The position numbers were made by a program, and so were the translations under genes. Below the pieces are notes generated by a model that searched no databases, had not been told where the DNA came from, and worked only from the letters and a program-made list of their open reading frames with translations. Shown here one piece after another: positions 1 through 10,015 of a stretch of DNA of 43,044 bases. Positions within the stretch are counted from its first letter, which is position 1. Every line of letters starts with the position of its first letter. The stretch comes from an uncultured Bacteroidales bacterium (lineage in GTDB: Bacteria > Bacteroidota > Bacteroidia > Bacteroidales > UBA3663): assembly GCA_902779265.1 (NCBI GenBank), contig CACZAY010000027.1, positions 1 to 43,044 of the forward strand, in the 5' to 3' direction.

Positions 1-662
1 GTCACGCTCAATACACCCGTGAAGGCCGAACAGTCGCTCTCGAAGTCGCCGCGCACGTAGGGGAAGTTGATGGCCAATGTGCCTGCGCCCGTCAGTTTGG
101 AGATGGTTGTGGCCGATGCCTTTCCCGCGCCGAGCGTACCGCCCGCCTGCACCGTGACATTCTGCACCTGGCCGTCACCGCCGAGCTGGCCGCCGCTGCG
201 CACCGTGATGGTGCCCGTCGTGGTAGGGGCCGATGTATTCTGCGCCAAGATCTCGCCCGCATAGATATTGATGGGGCTGGCCGATGCGCCTGTCAGCGTC
301 AGCGTGCCGTCGCCGTATTTGTTGACCGTGGCCGATGAGCCGAACGTGCCGGCAAAGGTCTCGTCCGTGCCCAGATAGCCGATGTTCCAGATGCCCGTGC
401 CTAACGAACAGTCGGTGGCCGATGAACGCAGCGCGCCGATGCGTGCCGTACGGCTCGTCTCACTGCCGCTCTGGCTCGTGACATTGGCCACATAGACCCC
501 TGCACCCGGCTGCAACGTACCATTGGCCAAATCCAAGGCCGTCGTCACGCGGAACTGGCCGCTCGTCACGCTCAATACACCCGTGAAGGCCGAACAGTCG
601 CTCTCGAAGTCGCCGCGCACGTAGGGGAAGTTGATGGCCAATGTGCCTGCGCCCGTCAGTTT
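1..662 (-). CDS. C-terminal continuation (autotransporter-associated beta-strand repeat region) of the PL11 gene, in a different frame; runs off the window
   Basis: Frame starting at 662 reads KLTGAGTLAINFPYVRGDFESDCSAFTG...NKYGDGTLTLTG... with no stop seen before base 1; same repeat style as the upstream ORF. Confidence 0.75.
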
Positions 663-664
663 GG
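1..664. repeat. Exact 100-bp direct repeat (1-100 and 565-664)
   Basis: gtcacgctcaatacaccc...gcccgtcagtttgg occurs twice, offset 564 bp (in frame). Confidence 0.95.
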
Positions 665-3600
665 CTGGCCGCCGTTGACCGTCAGCGTCTTGTCCTCGCG
701 CACGTTGATGACATTGGTGATGACCGGCACGGCGCTCGTCGAGTTGTTGTTGAAGATGGTGAGCGCGGCGTTGCCCGTCACGTCGATGGTCGAGCCCGCA
801 CGGCCCAGGGTGGCATTCCATGCGCCCTGAGAGAGCGTACCGGCCGCGAGTATCGTGCCGCTGTAGCCGTTCGTGCCGCCATAGTTGAGGTTCAGCTGGC
901 CAGCGCCACGCTTGACGAGGACACCCGTACCCGTGAGGGCCGACTTGAGCGAGGTCGAACCGCTCGGGATGTTGAGCGTGGCCGTATCGGTGAGGACGAA
1001 ACTGCGGTCGGTCGCAGCGTTCGTGTTGTTGACGATGAGCGTCGCGCGGCCTATCTGGACCGTCGTTCCGGCGCCGAGACAGCTCTCCGTGCCGCGGTTT
1101 TCAAGGTTCTTGACCGATGTCGTTCCGCCGTTCAGGATGGTCTTGCCGGTATAGTCGCTGCGTGTCGCATTGAGCACGAGGCTGCCCGTGCCCTCCATCA
1201 CCAGGTCGCCCGAACCGCCGATGCCGCCCTCGCCCGTGAAGGTGTAGGTGCCGCTCGTGTGGGTCAGACGGATGCCATTGGCCACCATCTTATCACTCAG
1301 ATTGACAGTGCGTTGCGTGGACTCTTCGGGGAAGATGACCGCATCACCTGCGACGAACGAGGTTGCAGTGCCTGCCACGGTGAAGTTGTCGCTCTGGTAA
1401 TCCCAGTCGGCCGACTGCGCACCGCTCCAGGTGACGTCGATGGCGGCCTCGCGGGTGGCGCGAATGACGAGCACGATGTCCCGTTCGCGCACCTCGATGA
1501 CGTAGTTCAGACCCACCAGACCGCGCACCTTGATGTCAGCGGCATTGGCCGTCAAAGTCCCTGAACATGAGAGCAGTATGTATTCGCCCTCGCGCGGAGT
1601 CGCCTCGGCCGGGACGATGGAGAGCGTGTTGGTGTTGGCCAATGTCAAGTCGCCATTGACCACGATACGGTCGTTGCGCACCTCACCCTCGGTCTGGAGG
1701 TCGAGTTCGACATAGACACCGCCCGTGAGGGTCAGGTCGCCGCTCGTCGTGATGGTACCGAAGGGCGCATCGGCCGCGCCCGGAGCGAGTCGGCAGCCCT
1801 CGTAGTTCAGTCCACCCTCGAAGGTGACCGGACCGTTCAGGACCGCGTTGCCGGCCAGAGTGCCGCGGGCGCGCAGTTCAAGGTCATTGGCCAATGTTCC
1901 GTTCAAGGTCAACGTTCCCTCGCTGACGATGGTCTTGGCCGATGTCGCAATCGCACCATTCAAGGTGAAGTTGCCCGGCTGCGACTTGATGATTTCGCCC
2001 GAGCCCGCGATAGTTCCATTGGCCACAAAATCATGCCCCTTGGGGTTCATCATGTAGGTGGCCGATGGCTTGACCTCGCCCGTGATCTGGATGGCCGACG
2101 AGTTGTCGCCCGAGATGTCGAAGATGACACTCTGCCCGTCGCTGTAGGCCAATGCCTGCGTCTGGTCGAAGCTGGTGAAACTCTCTTGGCCAATGCCCCA
2201 CGCGCCAGAACGGTAGCGCGCCTCGGCCGTCAGCGTGGGCGGCAACGGAGGCAGCGGCATCTGTTCGCCCAGATAGAAGCCCGTGTTGGGATGCTGGTAG
2301 TAGCCGCGCGTGGTGCAGTCGCCGCGATAGTGTGGGTCCTGCTGGAGGCAGTAGATGCTGCGCGAAGTGGCGAGATTGGAGGTGTAGCCCACGAGTCCCG
2401 TGCTCTGCGAGTCATTCTGCTTGGCCAGGATGACCTCCTCGCGCCAGTCGCCCGTGATGTCGCCCATGAAGGCCGGACGCGTGCCTGTGCCGCCGTGGGT
2501 CGCCCAGCTGGACTCCTGCGAGAACTCGACGAGACGGCTCTTGCCGCGCACGGTCGTGACCATCAGGTTCGTGCCGTAGTTGCTGCCGCCCGGCGAAGAG
2601 AGTTCCTCGCGCAGGAGGTCGCCGTTCCACCACAGGCCCTCGAAACAGGTCGTGATACCCCACTGCGAACGGGTCTCGCCCGTCGCGTCGCCCTTGCTGT
2701 TGTAGATGTAATCGTCTGTGAAACTGTAGATTTCGTAGCCCTTGTGGTTCGGATCGACATCCATGCACGAGCCGCGTGCCACGTCGTAGATGGATGGCAG
2801 ATACCACTCCTTGATGCGCTCGCCCGTGGCCGCGTCATAAAGGCATTGGCCCAACAAGGCCGACTGCTGGATGGCATATCCCTCCAGGCCCGGACGGTCG
2901 GGGTCGATGTCGCTGATGATGAAACGGTCGCCGTGGGCCAGGCCGGTCGAGGTGTAGCGGTTCTGGGCCGGATTCACGCCGTAGCCGCCCGCCCACATCT
3001 CGTCGCAGCCGTCGCCGTCGCTGTCCAGGATGCGTATCTGGTGGAACTCGGCGCAGCCCGGACGGATAGGATTACGCACCCACGTGTGGCTGTGATGCCA
3101 GTTGGACGCAACGCCATTGGCCCAATCGAAATCCCACGTCAGGATGTAGCCGTGGTGCAGCTTGGTGTTGTCGCGGTCCTCACACTCCATGATGAGTGAG
3201 GGATGCACGCCGTCAAGATAGGCGATGCCGTAGTGGCCCACCATCGCGCCATATTCGAAACTCATGTAGTCCGCGCGGTTGTCACGGCTGTAGTTGTCAC
3301 CGCCTGCGCCTTCGCTCAGTTGGCTGTATATCAGTTCGTTTGTGGCCAATTCCGCTCCCGTCGCTCCGTCGATGACCGAGATATAGAACGGCGGATTGCG
3401 CCGAGTCTGCGTGCGGTAGTCGATGATGCCGTCATTGTCGGTGTCGGCCGATGCACTTCCGCCCACATACGCGCCCCAAGTCTCATGGGCCTTGTCCCAG
3501 AACCGCGTGCCGTCCGACGAACGGATGATGACCTCGCATCGGCCATCACAGTTGATGTCATAGGCCAGGACCATGTCGTTCTGACCGGCGCAGATGTTCA

Positions 3601-4237
3601 CGTTCGGGCCCATATCGACCGTCCAGAGCAGCGTTCCGTCGAGCCTGTAGGCCTGGATCTTGTGGCTTGTGGCCGATGTATTGTCCGACTGGTTTTCAGC
3701 GTCATCGCTATTGGCCGCACCCGCAAAGAGACGGTCCACGACCACGGCATCCACCTCGCCGTTGCCGTCCAGGTCCATGGGCCACACGAACTTCGTGCGA
3801 TAATCATTTCGGCCAATGACCTTATCGTCGAAATCGAAGTCGAACCACACGTTCGGCCACGCCTGCGTCCGATAGAGGAACGGCACACTCATCTCGCCCT
3901 CGACGCCATTGACGATGGCCGTGACGGCATATTCCGTATTGTCCGCAAGGGCCGATGGCGCATAGTTCGTCACCGCGAGCGGCTGGCTGTTCATCAGCGT
4001 CCAGGCCGAGCTTCCGGCCGCGCGCCGATAGACGTTGTAGGTCGTCCCTTCGGGTTCCTGGGCCAATTTACGCCACGAAATCAGCGAACTGTTCGTCCCG
4101 CCGGCCGATGTCACGCTGCGTCCGCCCGAACGATAGACAGCCACCACGCCACGACCCAACGGCTGCTGGAGGCGCTGGGCGGAGGCTGTGCCATTGGCCA
4201 AAACCAAAGTCAAAAGTGCAAGAAGGATTTTTTTCAT
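656..4237 (-). CDS. Rhamnogalacturonan lyase (PL11, YesW/YesX-like) with autotransporter-associated beta-strand repeats; frame broken at ~664
   Basis: Signal peptide MKKILLALL at 4237; LGRGVVAV, DLDGNGE, WTVDMGPN, HGD..IISDIDPDRPGLE, GDITGDWREE, QDPHYR...YYQ motifs; KRGAGQLNL-type repeats. Confidence 0.85.
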   Translation of the reverse strand: MKKILLALLTLVLANGTASAQRLQQPLGRGVVAVYRSGGRSVTSAGGTNSSLISWRKLAQEPEGTTYNVYRRAAGSSAWTLMNSQPLAVTNYAPSALADNTEYAVTAIVNGVEGEMSVPFLYRTQAWPNVWFDFDFDDKVIGRNDYRTKFVWPMDLDGNGEVDAVVVDRLFAGAANSDDAENQSDNTSATSHKIQAYRLDGTLLWTVDMGPNVNICAGQNDMVLAYDINCDGRCEVIIRSSDGTRFWDKAHETWGAYVGGSASADTDNDGIIDYRTQTRRNPPFYISVIDGATGAELATNELIYSQLSEGAGGDNYSRDNRADYMSFEYGAMVGHYGIAYLDGVHPSLIMECEDRDNTKLHHGYILTWDFDWANGVASNWHHSHTWVRNPIRPGCAEFHQIRILDSDGDGCDEMWAGGYGVNPAQNRYTSTGLAHGDRFIISDIDPDRPGLEGYAIQQSALLGQCLYDAATGERIKEWYLPSIYDVARGSCMDVDPNHKGYEIYSFTDDYIYNSKGDATGETRSQWGITTCFEGLWWNGDLLREELSSPGGSNYGTNLMVTTVRGKSRLVEFSQESSWATHGGTGTRPAFMGDITGDWREEVILAKQNDSQSTGLVGYTSNLATSRSIYCLQQDPHYRGDCTTRGYYQHPNTGFYLGEQMPLPPLPPTLTAEARYRSGAWGIGQESFTSFDQTQALAYSDGQSVIFDISGDNSSAIQITGEVKPSATYMMNPKGHDFVANGTIAGSGEIIKSQPGNFTLNGAIATSAKTIVSEGTLTLNGTLANDLELRARGTLAGNAVLNGPVTFEGGLNYEGCRLAPGAADAPFGTITTSGDLTLTGGVYVELDLQTEGEVRNDRIVVNGDLTLANTNTLSIVPAEATPREGEYILLSCSGTLTANAADIKVRGLVGLNYVIEVRERDIVLVIRATREAAIDVTWSGAQSADWDYQSDNFTVAGTATSFVAGDAVIFPEESTQRTVNLSDKMVANGIRLTHTSGTYTFTGEGGIGGSGDLVMEGTGSLVLNATRSDYTGKTILNGGTTSVKNLENRGTESCLGAGTTVQIGRATLIVNNTNAATDRSFVLTDTATLNIPSGSTSLKSALTGTGVLVKRGAGQLNLNYGGTNGYSGTILAAGTLSQGAWNATLGRAGSTIDVTGNAALTIFNNNSTSAVPVITNVINVREDKTLTVNGGQPN

Positions 4238-4269
4238 GATGTAACAGTTAAGTGTCGTAATTTTTGCTG

Positions 4270-4370
4270 CAAAGGTATCGATTTTGCCATTCTTCGCGGT
4301 TAAAAATAGTAACAAAGACGTACAAAATCGTACCAAACGGCACATTTTTGCCGAAAAAATGTTACATTTG
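4270..4370. promoter_or_regulatory. Divergent Bacteroidetes -7 promoter boxes
   Basis: TACCTTTG on minus strand (4270-4277) and TACATTTG on plus strand (4363-4370) match TAnnTTTG. Confidence 0.65.
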
Positions 4371-4400
4371 TGGCCGAAAACGACCGTTTCTCGCATTTTT

Positions 4401-6857
4401 ATGTATCAAAATCTAAAATCCGCCCTTTTTCTCCTCTCCGCGTGGCTCCTGTCATGCAGTGCGGTTCTTGGCCAATGCCTCGGCTATCACCCGCTGCCCA
4501 CCCAGGCCCAGCTGCCCGTGGCCGATGTCGATGTCATCATGCAGGATGCGGCCGGATTCATCTGGTTCGGCACGGCGGGCGGCGGTCTCTGCTGCGACGA
4601 CGGCTACAGCGTCACGGCCTGCAACAGCGAGACGGCCGGACGCAGCGTGATGAAGAGCGACGACGTGACCTGCATGGCCGAGGACAGCCTGCACCGCATC
4701 TGGTTCGGCACCCGCGCGGGACTCTACACGCTGCGCCGGGACATCGGCCAATGCCAACGCATTGAAAACGAACAGATCGGCGACCGCAAGGTGAACTGCA
4801 TCGCCGTCACGCCCGATGGTGCCGTCTGGGTCGGCCTCAGGCAGAACATTCTGAAGTTTTCGGCCGATGGCTCCCTCGTGAAGACGCTCTCCATTGGCCC
4901 CAACAGACGCCAGGAGCCGCGCGAGATGACCGTCGATTCCCGGGGCACGCTGTGGGTCACCGTCCTGCGCGGCGGCCTGATTACCATCGACCCGGCGACC
5001 GACTCGCTCACCCACCAGCCGTGGGACTATCCATCGGCCGCAAGCTACATTGCCGAAGACACCGTGCGCCACTGCTACTGGGTCGGCACATGGGGCGGCG
5101 GCATCGTGCGCTATCCCGCGATGCAGGTCGAACCCGCCACACTGCAATCCGTTGACCGCCACAAGTTTGGCAGCGAGGTCTATAACCTCTGGCTCGACCA
5201 CGAGAGCCGCCTCATGTGGGTCGCCACGATGGACGATGTCTATGCCTACCGCATGAGCGACACAATCCGCGAGGGCGAGCCGTGTCTCTCGACGTTCTCA
5301 TTGGCCAATGTCATTCCATCGGGCAAAAAACTCATCAACAAGCTCATCGCCGACCGGCGCGGAAATATCTGGGTGCCAGGCCGTTCGCCGCACACCTTCA
5401 TCATCACGGGCAGCCACGCCAGCGGCCGCATCCGCCGCGACGCCGTCCCAGCCATGACCCAGCAGGTCGGCTACCGCCTCATGGCCGAAAAAATCGCCAG
5501 CGAGGGCAGCTACTACTGGATCTACCAGAACCGCACGCGCCTCTCGCTCTACGACGCCACGACGGGCCAGCTTGCCTTTATGGCCAATGACGCCCGCCCC
5601 ACGCCCCTCTCCACCCAACGCCCGCTCGCCCGCTGCCGCACGATGGCCGGCGTCTGGACCTGCAACGGCAAACGCCTCGTCCACGCCTGGCACGACGGGA
5701 TGACCATCCATTGGGAGGAGGTGGCCGATGCCCTTCTCCCGCACTACATCTCGGCCCTCAGCGACGAGGGCGACGGCCGCCTGCTCATCGGGACGGAGCG
5801 CGAGGTCTTCCTCTACAACTACCGCGACAGTTCGCTCCAGAAGTTGGCCGATGCCGAGGCTGTCGTCCACCAGGTCGGGTTCGGGGCCGATGGCATTCTC
5901 TCCTACTCCACCGACGCCCAGGCCGCCCAGACCGTGACCGACGCCATCGGCCACATCTGGACCCTCAACCAGCTCTCCCTCACCGAGTTCAGTCCGCGCA
6001 CAGGCGCCACGCGCACCCTGCGGCCATCGGACAGGAACATCGCCATGGACTCGTTCACCGACATCACCCGAGCCGGCGACAGCATCTGTCTGGGCGGCAT
6101 CGGCGCGTTCTGCATCATCGGCTCCTGCCGCGAACTGGACTCGCCGCGCGACCTCGGCCCCTGTCTTGTCACCCGCTACGACACGCTGCGCGCCGTCCAC
6201 CTCTCAACGATGAACCACGCCCACGCCGCCGACGTCCACTTTGCCTACCGTTTCCGCCCGTCGGACGCATGGACGGAACTGCCGGCGGGCCAGAACGTCA
6301 TCGGACTGACGGACATCGGCCACGGGAAGACACCGCTTTACGTGCGCGCGACCGACGAATACGGCCTCTGGAGCCGCGAGCAGATAGTCCTCTCCATCTC
6401 GCGTCCCTGGCCTCTGCGTCCGTGGAGCCTTGCCATCGCCATCGGCGCCCTGATTCTCTACGGCTTGTGGGCGTGCCGGTTCCCATTGGCCAAAAACAGG
6501 ATGATGACGATGATGGCCGATGCTCCAGCCCGCCAGGACCCGCATTTCATGGAGCGTGTGGAGGCCCTCGTGAGCCGCAATCTGGCCAATGTCGATTACG
6601 GCGTGGACGAACTGAGCCGCGACCTCTCGATGAGCCGCATGAACATGTACCGCCGCTTTCAGGCCGAGTCGAGCGTCACGCCCTCCGAATACATCCGGCA
6701 GTACCGCCTGCGCCGCGCCTCCGAACTGCTGCGCACGACCACGAAGTCGGTCACCGAGATCGCCTACGAGGTCGGATTCACCTCACCGCAATACCTTGCC
6801 AAGTGCTTCCGCGACGAGTTCGGCATCACGCCCCGCCAGGCGCGCGGTGAGAGTTGA
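4401..6857 (+). CDS. Membrane-anchored AraC-family regulator (HTCS-like beta-propeller sensor + Y_Y_Y-like + TM + AraC HTH; no kinase or receiver)
   Basis: QDAAGFIWFGT, EDSLHRIWFGT, DRRGNIW propeller repeats; TM helix; TEIAYEVGFTSPQYLAKCFRDEFGITP. Confidence 0.85.
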   Translation: MYQNLKSALFLLSAWLLSCSAVLGQCLGYHPLPTQAQLPVADVDVIMQDAAGFIWFGTAGGGLCCDDGYSVTACNSETAGRSVMKSDDVTCMAEDSLHRIWFGTRAGLYTLRRDIGQCQRIENEQIGDRKVNCIAVTPDGAVWVGLRQNILKFSADGSLVKTLSIGPNRRQEPREMTVDSRGTLWVTVLRGGLITIDPATDSLTHQPWDYPSAASYIAEDTVRHCYWVGTWGGGIVRYPAMQVEPATLQSVDRHKFGSEVYNLWLDHESRLMWVATMDDVYAYRMSDTIREGEPCLSTFSLANVIPSGKKLINKLIADRRGNIWVPGRSPHTFIITGSHASGRIRRDAVPAMTQQVGYRLMAEKIASEGSYYWIYQNRTRLSLYDATTGQLAFMANDARPTPLSTQRPLARCRTMAGVWTCNGKRLVHAWHDGMTIHWEEVADALLPHYISALSDEGDGRLLIGTEREVFLYNYRDSSLQKLADAEAVVHQVGFGADGILSYSTDAQAAQTVTDAIGHIWTLNQLSLTEFSPRTGATRTLRPSDRNIAMDSFTDITRAGDSICLGGIGAFCIIGSCRELDSPRDLGPCLVTRYDTLRAVHLSTMNHAHAADVHFAYRFRPSDAWTELPAGQNVIGLTDIGHGKTPLYVRATDEYGLWSREQIVLSISRPWPLRPWSLAIAIGALILYGLWACRFPLAKNRMMTMMADAPARQDPHFMERVEALVSRNLANVDYGVDELSRDLSMSRMNMYRRFQAESSVTPSEYIRQYRLRRASELLRTTTKSVTEIAYEVGFTSPQYLAKCFRDEFGITPRQARGES

Positions 6858-6886
6858 TTTTTCTAAACTGTTCCCCGCGAAAAAAC

Positions 6887-6915
6887 GTAGAGACGTCACA
6901 TTGTGGCGTCTCTAC
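6887..6915. repeat. GTAG-type REP palindrome between convergent genes
   Basis: GTAGAGACGTCACA-T-TGTGGCGTCTCTAC; related copy at 30605-30630. Confidence 0.7.
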
Positions 6916-6944
6916 CTATTTTGTCCGTTTTATGGCCAATGGAA

Positions 6945-8504
6945 CTATTCCGCCGGATGGACAGCGCGGACGGGAATGCCGATGTTTCTGTACGAAGTGG
7001 TTACATAAGTTGAACCATTCTGAAACACAGCTTGAGAGACGCAGACAGGCCAATTTCTTCTCACTCCAGTTCCCCAATAATACGATTCCAACGTCTCTTC
7101 CTGCCAATTCGTGCCAGTCATGAAACCTGCAAACGAGAAAAAAATGCTCTTGCCATTGTAAGAACTGATGAGCTTTGCTCCAATCACGCCATCTTCGTTT
7201 ATTGCTTCGTAGGTACATGCGTTAAAGAGCTCTTGCCATTCGGCATCCGATGGAGTTCTCCACCCTCCGCCCCAATTGATGTGGGCTGCATCATCGGCCA
7301 ATTCAAGCACAGACAATGTGTCATAATAACCCTCGTAGCCATAACTTTCGGCCATTTCTTGCGGGACATATTTTGTCAATGTCTCTTGGGTGCCATTACA
7401 ATACTTGTATGTCTGCCATGAGTAGTCTTCTTTGGATTCCGTCTCTCCCCACGCAAAATAATCTCCGTATTCTTCTGGCTTGCTTGCGCCGACATTCATC
7501 GTCGCCCAAAGCAAGCCGCTGGGCAGACCCAAATCGACATAAACGTGGCCATCGACGATAGGCTCCATATTTTCCACGACGGCGTTGATCGTGAGCGGCA
7601 TGTCGCCCTGCACGCTGACGTTGATCTGGTTCTTGTAGCCGGAGATGAGCGTGACCTCGGCCGTGCGGCTGTACGATCGGGTGTTGCCGCTGATGGTGGC
7701 GGTGTAGTCCACGGTGAGCTGTGCCTTCGTGCCCGTGCCGGTCGAGGCGGGAATCATCGCGGTGCCGACGGTTGTGGTATCGGTCGAAAGCTCGACAGGA
7801 TTGTCCGTCTCGGCGCTGTGGAAGGCGTAGGTCGCGGCGGCATCGGCATTGGCCACAACCGCACCCGAACTGAAGGTCAGGGTGGCGGCACCGGGTGCGC
7901 TGAGCGTGAGGCCGGTGAGCGTGTGTGTGGTGCCGTCGGGCATGTTGGTCGCATTGGCCAAGACGTTGATGATGGTCTGCGCCATCAGGTGGCGGAACTG
8001 GAGCGAGACGCTACCGTTGTTGTCGTCTTTGCTGGCCGAGGCATAGGCCGCCAAGACGTCTTTGGTGCCGTCGGTGGTGATGGCCAATGTGCCTGTCGTG
8101 CCGTTGAAGGTGGTGCTTACGGCCGATGTGTTTCCGTCGGCCGGATAGTAGGCGTAGAAGGTGACCTTGCTGTTGTCGTCAGGCCAATAGGCCATCAGGC
8201 TGGTGTTGGCGGGCGAACTGCTGCCATCGCCGCTTGCGACGTATGTCCACCCATTGATGACGGTTGTGCGGTCCGTCGTGTTCACGGCATGGATCGTGAA
8301 GCCGCCGCCGCTATTGGACAGGGAGCTGATGGTGGCCTCCTGTGCGTTGTAGCCGCGTGTCGTCTGCGGCAGGTAGGTGGTGATTGTGATGGGCGTGCGC
8401 CCGTTCTCGTCCGGCAGGATGTTTCTCTCGCCGATTTCTTCATTGGAGCAGCTGCCCAATGTCACGGCTGCCATGGCAGCCAGAAAAAAATAACACTGTT
8501 TCAT
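6945..8504 (-). CDS. Fimbrillin-family (Mfa-like) lipoprotein with C-terminal VDLGLPSG (DUF1566/Fib_succ_major-like) domain
   Basis: Lipobox LGSC; YWP...FYAYYP, LQFRHLMAQ; VDLGLPSGLLWATMNVGA..GDYFAWGET, WRTPS..EWQEL, YYW, G.PVRAV. Confidence 0.8.
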   Translation of the reverse strand: MKQCYFFLAAMAAVTLGSCSNEEIGERNILPDENGRTPITITTYLPQTTRGYNAQEATISSLSNSGGGFTIHAVNTTDRTTVINGWTYVASGDGSSSPANTSLMAYWPDDNSKVTFYAYYPADGNTSAVSTTFNGTTGTLAITTDGTKDVLAAYASASKDDNNGSVSLQFRHLMAQTIINVLANATNMPDGTTHTLTGLTLSAPGAATLTFSSGAVVANADAAATYAFHSAETDNPVELSTDTTTVGTAMIPASTGTGTKAQLTVDYTATISGNTRSYSRTAEVTLISGYKNQINVSVQGDMPLTINAVVENMEPIVDGHVYVDLGLPSGLLWATMNVGASKPEEYGDYFAWGETESKEDYSWQTYKYCNGTQETLTKYVPQEMAESYGYEGYYDTLSVLELADDAAHINWGGGWRTPSDAEWQELFNACTYEAINEDGVIGAKLISSYNGKSIFFSFAGFMTGTNWQEETLESYYWGTGVRRNWPVCVSQAVFQNGSTYVTTSYRNIGIPVRAVHPAE

Positions 8505-8513
8505 AGTAGTATG

Positions 8514-8750
8514 CCCCCCACCCATCCTCCCCGAGGGGAGGTGTTTGACCATTCGGCCGAGGGGATAAACCGAATGGATGATTAGTTACCCAACTAAATC
8601 TCCCCGAGGGAAGACTTCTGCCAATGCAGACAAGATGGGGAAAATTTGTTATTGTTTAACTCATTATTTTTTTGATATTCATTGGCCAAAAATAGAAAAA
8701 AACGATTGACGGGGACTCTCTCCTCCCCTCTGGGAGGTCGGGAGGGGGTC
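8514..8750. repeat. Inverted pair of CCCCTCCC-type REP elements (8514-8541, 8720-8750) plus a partial copy at ~8600
   Basis: cccccacccatcctccccgaggggagg ... ctcctcccctctgggaggtcgggagggggtc. Confidence 0.75.
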
Positions 8751-8757
8751 GCTCTTT

Positions 8758-9981
8758 TTAGTAAAAGAATATATATCCCATCGTGATGGCCGCGATGATG
8801 CCGATGAGGTCGGCCGCAAGACCGTAGCCAGCCGCGTAGCGGAACCGTTTGATGCCCACCGAGCCGAAATAGACCGCGAGGACGTACATCGTCGTGTCGG
8901 TCGAGCCTTGGATGATGGACGCTACGTGACCTTGGAAGCTATCGACGCCGTAGTGTTCGAACACATCGAGCATCATGGCACGTGCTCCGGCACCGTTGAG
9001 CGGCTTGAGGATGGCGCAGGGCAGTCCGGCCACGAAATCGGTGTTCATGCCGATGGCCGAGAAGCACCAGCCGAGGCCGTCGGTGATGTAGGTCAGCGCG
9101 CCGCACTCGCGGAACAGGCTGATGCCCACGAACATTGCAATCTGATACGGGATGATGGTCACGACGGTCTGGAATCCCTCTTTCGCACCATCGACGAAGG
9201 TGCTGAACAGCGGAACTTTCTTCCACACGCCCACCAGCAGGAAGAGCATGATGCAACCGAACAGCAGGATGTTGCTCACCAGCGTCGAATAGAGTTTCAG
9301 ACTCTCCTCGTCGAGCGTCGCAAAGAAATATGAAAGTCCGCCGATGAAGGCCACCGCACCGCCGATGAAGCCCAGCAGCACCTTGTCGAACCGTATGCGC
9401 TGACGCAGGCAACACAGCAGCAGGCCGCCCAGCGACGAGCAGGCCGTGGCCAACAGCAGGGGCAGGAATATGTCCGATGGATTGGCCGCACCGTATTGCG
9501 CACGGTACATCATGATGGAAATCGGGATGATGGTCAGACCCGACGTGTTCAGGACGAGGAACATGATCATCGCGTCGCTCGCCGTGTTCTTCTTCGTGTT
9601 CAGTTCCTGCAGCTCCTTCATCGCCTTCAAGCCCATCGGCGTGGCAGCGTTGTCGAGACCAAGCATATTGGCCGACACGTTCATCAGGATGCTGCCCTGG
9701 GCGGGATGCCCTGCCGGAATGCCGGGGAAGATGCGCGAGAAGAGTGGATTGATGAGCCGTGAGAACTTGGCAATCACGCCGCCCTGTTCACCGATTTTCA
9801 TCAGTCCGAGCCAGAAACTGAGCACGCCGACCAGTCCGAGGCAGATTTCAAAGGCGCGCTTCGATGCCTCGAACGTCGTGTTCATCAGTCGGCTCCACAC
9901 TTCGACATCGCCCGTCAGCGAGCCGACAATGGCCATGATGAAGGCCACAACGAAAAAGAATAGCCAGATGTAGTTAAGCAT
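8758..9981 (-). CDS. Fused SpmA/SpmB-like membrane protein (nucleoside recognition domain)
   Basis: NMLGLDNAATPMGLKAMKELQ; GSTDTTMYVLAVYFGSVGI. Confidence 0.9.
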   Translation of the reverse strand: MLNYIWLFFFVVAFIMAIVGSLTGDVEVWSRLMNTTFEASKRAFEICLGLVGVLSFWLGLMKIGEQGGVIAKFSRLINPLFSRIFPGIPAGHPAQGSILMNVSANMLGLDNAATPMGLKAMKELQELNTKKNTASDAMIMFLVLNTSGLTIIPISIMMYRAQYGAANPSDIFLPLLLATACSSLGGLLLCCLRQRIRFDKVLLGFIGGAVAFIGGLSYFFATLDEESLKLYSTLVSNILLFGCIMLFLLVGVWKKVPLFSTFVDGAKEGFQTVVTIIPYQIAMFVGISLFRECGALTYITDGLGWCFSAIGMNTDFVAGLPCAILKPLNGAGARAMMLDVFEHYGVDSFQGHVASIIQGSTDTTMYVLAVYFGSVGIKRFRYAAGYGLAADLIGIIAAITMGYIFFY

Positions 9982-10015
9982 AGTTTATTTTTTTGTAGTT
10001 ATGTCGGGAGTTAAA

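Noticed and set aside
641-4303. Long plus-strand ORFs opposite PL11, and similar shadows elsewhere (7545-8585, 17709-18848, 38620-39711, 41575-42984)
   Set aside because: Antisense shadows of well-supported genes in GC-rich DNA; no recognisable motifs
4238-4400. Overlapping N-terminal extensions in the ORF track (starts 4396 and 4284)
   Set aside because: The region is AT-rich and holds both promoters; signal peptides begin at 4237 and 4401
6945-8750. Complete diversity-generating retroelement
   Set aside because: No reverse transcriptase or template repeat seen in the window
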